From Mobula hypostoma (lineage: Eukaryota), in assembly GCF_963921235.1 (NCBI RefSeq), contig NC_086097.1:244530001-244594000 (forward strand): 64,000 nt of DNA, in the 5' to 3' direction. The notes beneath the pieces are model-generated. The model searched no databases. It was given only the letters and a program-made list of their open reading frames with translations, and had not been told where the DNA came from. Below, piece after piece: positions 38,401-47,400 of the stretch (positions are counted from its first letter, which is position 1; the number at the start of each line of letters is the position of its first letter). A program made the position numbers and the translations under genes.

Positions 38401-41400
38401 TCATCGGCAAATTTGCTAATGTTACTTTTAATTTCCTCATCTAAATCAATAACATATATTGTAAACAGCTGCGGTCTCAGCACTGAACCATGCGGTACCC
38501 CACTGGTCACCGCCTGCCATTCTGAAAGGGACCCGTTAATCGCAACTCTTTGTTTTCTGTCAGCCAGCCAATTTTCAATCCATGTCAGTACTCTGCCCCC
38601 AATACCATGTGCCCTAATTTTGCCCACTAATCTCCTATGTGGGACTTTATCAAAGGCTTTCTGAAAGTCCAGGTATACTACATGCACTGGCTCTCCCTTG
38701 TCCATTTTCATTGTTACACCCTCAAAAAATTCCAGAAGATTAGTCAAGCACGACTTCCCCTTCGTAAATCCATGCTGACTCGGACCAATCCTGTTACTGC
38801 TATCCAGATATGTCGTAATTTCATCTTTTATAATTGACTCCAGCATCTTTCCCACCACCGACGTCAGGCTAACCAGTCTATAATTCCCTGTTTTCTCTCT
38901 TCCTCCCTTCTTGAAGAGAAGGACAACATTAGCCACCCTCCAGTCCGCAGGAACTGATCCTGAATCTACAGAACATTGGAAAATGATTACCAATGCGTCC
39001 ACGATATCTAAAGCCACCTCCTTAAGTACCCTGGGATGCAGACCATCAGATCCCGGGGACTTATCAGCCTTCAGACACAACAGCCTATCCAACACCATTT
39101 CCTGCCTAATATAAATTTCCTTCAGTTCATCCATTACCCTAGGTCCTTTGGCCACTATTATATCTGGGAGATTGTGTCTTCCCTAGTGAAGACAGATCCA
39201 AAGTACCTGTTCAACTCGTCTGCCATTTCCTTGTTCCCCATAATAAATTCACCCGCTTCTGTCTTCAAGGGCCCAATTTTGGTCTTAACTATTTTTTTCC
39301 TTTTCACACACCTGAAGAAGCTTTTACTATCCTCCTTTATATTCTTGGCTGGTTTACCTTCGTACCTCATTTTTTTCTCTGCGTATTGCCTTTTTAGTTA
39401 CCTTCTGTTGCTCTTTAAAAGTTTCCCAATCCTCTGGCTTCCCACTCGTCTTTGCTATGTTATACTTCTTCTCTTTTATTTTTATACTGCCCATTACTTC
39501 CCTTGTCAGCCACGGCCTCCCCTTACTCCCCTCAGGATCTTTCTTCCTCTTTGGAACAAACTGATCCTGCACCTTCTGCATTATTCCCAGAAACACTTGC
39601 CATTGCTGTCCACTGTCATCCCTGCTAGGGTATTGTTCCATTGAACTTTGGCCAGCTCCTCCCTCATAGCACCATAGTTCCCTTTGTTCAACTGTAATAC
39701 TGACACTTCCGAGTTTCCCTTCTCCCTCTCAAATTGTAGATTAAAACTTATCATATTATGGTCACTACCTCCTAATGGCTCCTTTACCTCGAGGTCCCTG
39801 ATCCAGTCAGGGTTGTTAGCCCTGAGCTGAACACCAAACCTGGAGGACCAGTGGACCACTCTTAGTCTGGCCTCTAGCCTTATGGCCTGCTTGACAAAGG
39901 TGACCCTACCAAGAATCAAAGCACAAGGCCCTGAATCCAGCCTACGTAGCTCTCTGGCTCATTCAGGTACGCAAGCCTCCAAATCCTACAGCAAGGTTGT
40001 GGTCCTCTTGAGGATTCATGTATAGTCCAATGAAAATTAAACTTGAATTTGACAGAGGTGTAAAAGATGATAAGAGGCTGAAATGGCTAATATTAGTGGC
40101 ATAATTTTAAAGTAACTGGAGGAAAGTATAAGGCAGATGCCACAGTTGGGTGTGATTTACGTAGAGTGGTGGGTATCTGGAACATGCTGTCAGAGATGTG
40201 TTAAAGGCAGATACATTAGGAACTTTTAAGAAACTCTTAGAGGGGCACATGAAAAAATGGAGAGCTATGTGAAAGGACATGGCTTTAAGGTAAGGAGTGG
40301 GAAGTTCAAGGGGGATATTAGAGGAAGGTTTTTTACTCAGAGAGTGGTTGGTGCGTGGAATGCACTGCCTGAGTCAGTGGTGGAGGCAGATACACTAGTG
40401 AAGTTTAAGAGACTACTAGACAGGTATATGGAGGAATCTAAGGTGGGGGCTTATATGGGAGGCAGGGTTTGAGGGTCAGCACAACATTGTGGGCCAAAGG
40501 GCCTGTGCTGTACTATTCTATGTTCTATGTTAAAGCATTAGATTGATCATAGAGTAGGTTAAAATATCTGCACAACAATGTGGGCCTGAGGGTCTGCACT
40601 GTGCTGTAATCTTCTATATTAGACATGGAGTTGGTGGTATTATCAAAGAACTGGAGAAGTAAGTTCTGTGCTCAAACACCAATATCAATTACAAGAAGAA
40701 ACATCTAGAGTGATACAAAAGACAATCTACTATATGGTTTCATGCCTCTTGGTTAATGGAGCCACAAAATGTGATTTCATGCACGTAGACATTTCCTCCT
40801 TTTGGGAAGGCAAGAGTTAACCGTGGGACCGATGGGAAGAGAATGGTTGTGTTTGCACAGTCACTGCAGATTGAAACAGCTGCTTCCGACATTGTAAATA
40901 AGCTCTCCCCATAGGCATATGCAAATAATGGACTGCAATTTTTAAAAACTGACACATTTAAATCAAAACCCCCGGGGAAACAGAATGGAGCCATTTTAGT
41001 TACAAGAGGAGGAAACATACATTCAGCATTCAGTGATAGCTTCTGTGCAGCTGAGTGACAAGTGAGTTTATGTTCGTGGTCATCTGCTGCTGTAGTTGTA
41101 ATGTGTAAGCAGGTTCACAGGTTAGCCCATCCACTTCAAATTTCAACATGTTGTAACACATGGTTATTCAGGTAATTGTCCCCTTCCTGTCAGCTTGAAC
41201 CAGTACGGCCTTTCTCCTCGAACCTCTCGCATTAACAAAGTATTTTCCCCCACAGAACTTCCACTCACTGGATGTTTCTCGCACCATTCTCTGTAAACTC
41301 TAGAGAATCCCAGATCAGCAGTTGCTGATTTACACAAACCACCCCCATCTGGCACCAACAATCATTCTACGGTCAAAGTCGCTTCAACGACATTTCTTCC

Positions 41401-44400
41401 CCATGCTGATGTTTGGTCTGAACAACGACTGAACCTCTTGATCATGTCTGCATGCTTTTATACATGGAATTGCTGTCACATGATTGACTGATTAGATATT
41501 TGCATTAACAAGCAGGTGTACAGGTGTATGTAATAAAGTAGCCGCTGAGTGTGCAGCTTCCCTAGAGACAGGATCAACGAAATCACCATAACCTCTAACA
41601 GTTTTCTGCTCCATCACCAAATGTTGCCCCAAAATATCTCCCGCTTTACAACTGTCCACTGCTCGTCTCACACTCCCAAAGTATCACCCAGTCGATTCTG
41701 AAGGTTATATCAATTGAGGTCATGATTTAGTGCAATGTTCTCAAGTGGGTCATAACAGAAGTCATCATCCCCAAATTAGCAAGTTATGCTGTTGACTCTG
41801 AGTGCTTAAAGTAGGTGATGCATCACTGCAATAACAGCTATCAATGCATTGTCATCCTGCAGGAACATTAAATCTTTGGACACTAACTCACTTTTCAAAA
41901 AATATACAGTATTTCTGTTTCTTAATCTATTCAATGTATGTAATTGATTTACTTGTTTATTTATTATTATTTTTATTTTATTTTTTTCTCTCTGCTAGAT
42001 TATGTATTGCACTGAACTGCTGCTGCTAAGTTAACAAATTTCACGTCACATGCCGGTGATAATAAACCGGATTCTGATTCCAATTCAAATTATCTGTTGA
42101 GGTAAATGAAAAGAGATCTTCTGGTTTTATCAGGCTTAAAAATGGGTTACTAATTGCCTTCATATTAGCGACTACAATATACTTAGAGCATATACAACAA
42201 TACGATATACAACAGCACTGTACAGGCCTTTCGGCCCATGATATTGTACTGACCTTTTAACCTACTCTAAGATCAATATAACCCTTCTGTCATGTCCTGT
42301 ACATTTCCTGGCCTGTGTTTCCTCTTTAACCTGTGTTGCAGTTCCCTGGGACACCTGCAATTACCCTTCCATTGCCGGCACCTGCTGGGGACCGCTTAAA
42401 AAGAAGGCCGCTTCCACTCCCTCTCTTTCCCTTTCTGCAGCCAGTAATACCACAGTACACATTACCCTTTTTCACTTTACCTTAACTTTAAATTCCTAAA
42501 TATCTTTAGGTTTGTACTTCCTGTTGTGGCTCGACTCCTTTGTGTTACTTCCTGAGAGCCGAGGTTGTAATATAATGGGGGCTCGTCTAATTTTTTTTCA
42601 TTTTGAAAGGACAGGTCTGAATTGTGTTGGCCCCTAGATACTTTTTTTTAAGTGCACAGGCCTTTTGTTTGTTTGTTACTTTGTTTTATGGTGTGCTGTT
42701 GCTTTGCCATTTATCTCCTTTTTAGTACAACTGCTGCTGGGTGCGCACGGTTGTTTGAGTGCTGTTAAGTTAACTAATGCACAGGTACCCCAGTGAGATA
42801 AGGGAGTGTTCCAGCTGGACTGAGTAATCAGTTTTCCTGCGGTTCACTCCTTTATTATTTTGCCTTTAAAGTTTGAGGTTATCCTGGGTAGAGACTTGTT
42901 CTCTGGTGGGGTAAGTACTACATGATGGCCTATGGTTCCTGAAGTTTTGCTTTTAAAGTCACCTCAGAAGCTGGGAAGGATAGAGCAAAGGCTAGGCAAG
43001 TATGGGGGTGGGGGGAGGGAATGCTGTTCATTTGTATGTTTGTGTGAATCTGCACATACTGTGTATTGTTTGAAATAGCAATCAATGCCACACTAACTTT
43101 GCATTGTGGGGGGGGGGGGGAATGAGAGTGAGAGCATTAGTGAATTATTAAGTCAGGTGAGTTAAGTTTTAGGCACTTCTGTGGTGGGTCCATGATCAGT
43201 TTCTATGTGAAGTTCTACCTTTGAACTTATTTGTATACTAGTACCCTGAGTTTTGACAATTAGGATGACTGGCAGGCTCCATGAGAGAATTGTGATACTT
43301 GTCTGAGGTGAGTAATCTATTTTGTATTACTTTGGTAGTTGAGGGTTATATCTACTTCTATTTTTGTAATTGTGGCCTTAATGGCTATTTTGTAGAGAAC
43401 AAAATTTGTTGCATTCGGTGAGTCAGTAGCTGTTTGCTGTATCAGAATTATTATCACTGGCATGTGTTGTGAAATTTAGCAGCAGCAGTTCAATGTGATA
43501 GATAATATAGAAGAAAAATTAATAATAAATAAGTAAATCAATTACAGTATACATATATTGAATAGGTTAAAAATAGTGCAAAAACAGAAATAATATATAT
43601 TAAAAAGGTGAGGTAGTGTTCAAGGGTTCAATGTCCATTTAGGAATTGGATGGCAGAGGGAAAGAAGCTGTTCCTGAATCGCTGAGGGTGTGCCCTCAGG
43701 CATCTGTACCTCCTACCTGACGGTAACAGTGAGAAAAGGGTGCTGGAGGTCCTCAATAATGGACGCTACCTTTCTGAGACACCGCTCCTTGAAGATGTCC
43801 TGGGTACTTTGTAGGCTAGTACCCAAGATGGAGCTGACTAGATTTACAACCTCCTGCAGCTTCTTCCAATCCTGTGCAGTAGCCCCCCCCACCCCCACCC
43901 CCACCATATCAGATAATGATGCAGCCTGGCAGAATGCTCTCTACAGTACATCTATAGAAGTTTTTGAGTGTTATTTGTTGACAAACCAAATCTCTTCAAA
44001 CTCCGAAATGAAGTATAGTCGCTCTCTTGCCTTCTTTATAACTGCATCGATATGTTGGGACCAGGTTAGGTCCTCAGATCTTGACACCCAGAAACTTGAA
44101 GCTGCTCATCCTCTCCACTTCTGATCCCTCTATGAGGATTGGTATGTGTTCCTTAGTCTTACCCTTCCTGAAGTCCAGTCAGCTCTTTCATCTTACTGAC
44201 GTTGAGTGGAAGGTTGTTCCTGCGACACCACTCCACTAGTTGGCATATCTCATTCCTGTACGCCCTCTCGTCACCACCTGAGATTCTACCAACAATGGTT
44301 GTATCATCAGCAAATTTATAGATGGTATTTGAGTTATACCTAGCCACACAGCCATGTGTATGTAGGGAGTAGAGCAGTGGGCTAAACACACACCAGAGGT

Positions 44401-47400
44401 GCGCCAGTATTGATCATCAGCGAGGAGGATATGTTATCACCAATCCACACAGACTGTGGTCTTCCGGTTAGGAAGTCAAGGATCTAATTGCAGAGGGAGG
44501 TACAGAGGCCCAGGTTCTGTAACTTCTCAATCAGGATTGTGGGAATGATTTTATTAAATGCTGAGCTATAGTCCTGGCATAGGTGTTTGTGTTGTCCAGG
44601 GGTCTAAGCCGTGTGAAGAGTCATTGAGATTGCATCTGCCGTTGACCTATTGTGGCGATAGGCAAATTTCAATGGGTCCAGATCCTTGCTGAGGCAGGAG
44701 TTCAGTCTCGTCATGTTCAACCTCTCAAAGCATTTCATCACTGTAGATGTGAGTGCTACTGGGCGATAGTCATTAGGGCAGCTCACATTATTCTTCTTAG
44801 GCACTGGTATAATTGTTGCCTTCTGGTATAACTGGGCCCTCTTGTGTGTGCATACAGACTCTGTTAGTGTTGCTTTGTACTAAGTGCCCCATTCGTATGT
44901 TTGTGCTGACCTCTGTACTTTGTCAGTAGTGTAGTGTAGGAAAGCTTTTTAAATATGGTATCTCTTGTCACGTTCATTAAAGAACATTCTGAGGAGCTTC
45001 TTGAACTGTTTACAAAGTATCAACTTTTGCAACTGGCTTCTCATTACAAAATTGAGCTTACCAGCACTCAAACAGTTAAAAGGGAGCATAAAAAAGGTTG
45101 TCAGGGAAATGTTGATAGACACTTGGGTTCTTAAGGTTAGTTCAATCCCCCTTAGTGCCCAAACTTACTCCTTTGTCAGAGGCTGCCATTGAGTTGAGTC
45201 CAAAGGTGATGGTGCTCCAAGAGAAGCAGTTAGAGCACAGGCATAAGGAACGATTGTTACGGGAACCCAACTGCACTTAGAGCAAGAGTGTTTCCTTAAG
45301 GAATTAGTTTAAGACTCAAGTCTGATCCTCCTGCATTTGATGTAGCCATATTAAGTTAGTTCCACCATTTGCAGAGAAGAATGTCGAGAAATACTTCTCT
45401 CATTTTGAATGGGTGGCTACCATTTCAAATTGCATAAACATGTCTGGCCTCAGCTTTTGAAGAACGTTTTGAAAGGAAATGCTCAGGAAGCCTACTCTGT
45501 TCTAAGCACTGAGAAGAGCTCAGGTTACGATGAGATCAAAGCAGCTATTTTGAAATCTTCCGAGCTGATTCCAGAGGCTTACCGCCAACGCTTCAGGAGC
45601 TGTAGTAAGCTTAACCAGCAAACATATGTTGAGTTTACCAGAGGAAAAGAATCTGTTTGACTGGTGGTGTTTAGGTCAACAAGTAGAAACTACAGAACAA
45701 CTTAGTCAACTCATCTTGCTTGAGGAATTTAAGAGCTGTCTGCCTGATGTTGAATCTGCTTATTTAAATAAGCAAAAGGCATCAACCCTTGAGCGAGCTG
45801 TCATACTGGAAGATGAGTATGCCTTAACCTACAAGGTCAGTTTTGGCAGTAAACTGTACCCCAAGTATAGGAGTAAAGGCCTATCCTATAAGGCACAATC
45901 TTTAAAACCAGTACCACCCTGCCCCACCTCACCCTTAGCTTAGCTAAGAATTTTACATCTCAGAATGTCACAGCTGACAAAATGTGTTTCTACTGCAAGA
46001 AGCCTAGTCACTTAATTGCTGAATGCTGAGTGCTTAATAAGAAGCAGAAATCTGTGAAGCCTGTAGCTTTTGTGAAAACTGTAGCAAATTATTTGTCTCC
46101 TGATTGTGATGTTTCAAGGAAGAAACACAAGTTGGCTGGCTCTTCTTCCCTCCTGATGCAAGGTTTCTTTTCTCTTAAGATCTGGAGGGACAAAGGAGCT
46201 TTTCAGTCTATGATCTCCAGGATGTTTTACCATTCTCTGAGTCTGCTTTGGGTTTAGAGACACTTGTAAAATGGTTTGGTGCAAGGTTTTTGTCCATGCC
46301 TTTGCATAACATTTGTCTCCAATCGGGTTTAGTTTCTAGTGAAGTTGCTGTTGCCCTCTTTTCCCAGATCCGGACTGAAGGAACGTCTTTCATTCTAGGG
46401 AACGATTTGGTGGGTGGTCGAGTGCTACCTACTCCAGAAGTAACCTCTAATCCTGTGGTGCAGGAGGGCCCAGGTGAGCTTGAAATGACTTTCCCAGATA
46501 CCTTTCCTGTTTGTGTTGCTACTCAGGCGATGTCTAAGAAAGAACAAAGCAAAGGCAAGACAATATGATATTACCCTCTGAGATACCTTTATGGCCAAAG
46601 GTGATGTAGATCTAACAGGGTTTGGCCAATTGTTTCCCCCTCATGAACAGCTAGTGCTTGAACAGAAAAGAGGCTCTTCTCTCTCTCCCGTGTGAAGAGG
46701 TGGTCTGAGGAAGCAATTGTAATGGCCTCCCAGGCTATTTTATTAGCATAGAGTATTAATGAGAAAGTGGATTCCTCCAAAAATGTCCAATTGGGATGAT
46801 TAGAGTAGTGCTTATCAAATTGTTGTTCTGGTCTGACATATTGCGTTTGGCTCATGATCATTGCCTTGCTGGTCATTTAGGCACTAGGAAAGCTCTTGAC
46901 CATGTGTTTAGGCATTTCTTCTGGCCTGGTGTGTGGCCTGATGTAACACAGTACTGTAGGTTATGTCAGGGGTGTCAGATTGTCAGTAAGCTCAATCAAA
47001 AGATCCCTCTTGCTCCTCTACATTCTATCCCTGCCACTGGGGTAGCTTTTGGTTGCCCTACAGCAACCTTTTTAAGCGTGGCGCTGTCATGTCCTGTACA
47101 TTTCCTGGCCTGCGTTTCCTCTTTAACCTGTGTTGCAGTTCCCTGGGACACCTGCAATTACCCTTCCATTGCCGGCACCTGCTGGGGACTGCTTAAATCA
47201 CAGGCCACCCCCACTCTCTCTCTTTCCCTTTCTGTAGCCAGCATTACCACAGTACACATTACCCTTTTTCCCTTTACCTTAACTTTAATTTAATAAGTAC
47301 TTCCTGTTGTGGCTTGACTGCTGAGGGCTGAGTTTGTAACACCCTTCCTCCCGCATAGCCCTCCATTTTCCTTTCATCCATGTGCCTCCCCAAAAATTTC

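Larger units (their letters stand above)
42288..47341 (+). mobile_element. Ty3/Gypsy LTR retrotransposon, Gmr1-like, decayed and internally deleted
   Basis: LTRs 42288-42572 and 47085-47341 (TGT...ATA and TGT...ACA); flanking duplication CCCTTC; PBS TGGGGGCTCGTC; gag ([38 protein letters not shown]), protease-like RDKGA, integrase zinc region [10 protein letters not shown]...FFWPG...CQGC. Confidence 0.9.

Noticed and set aside
37606..39644. Long plus-strand ORFs (190 and 202 aa)
   Set aside because: Antisense shadows of the CR1 ORF2 on the minus strand.
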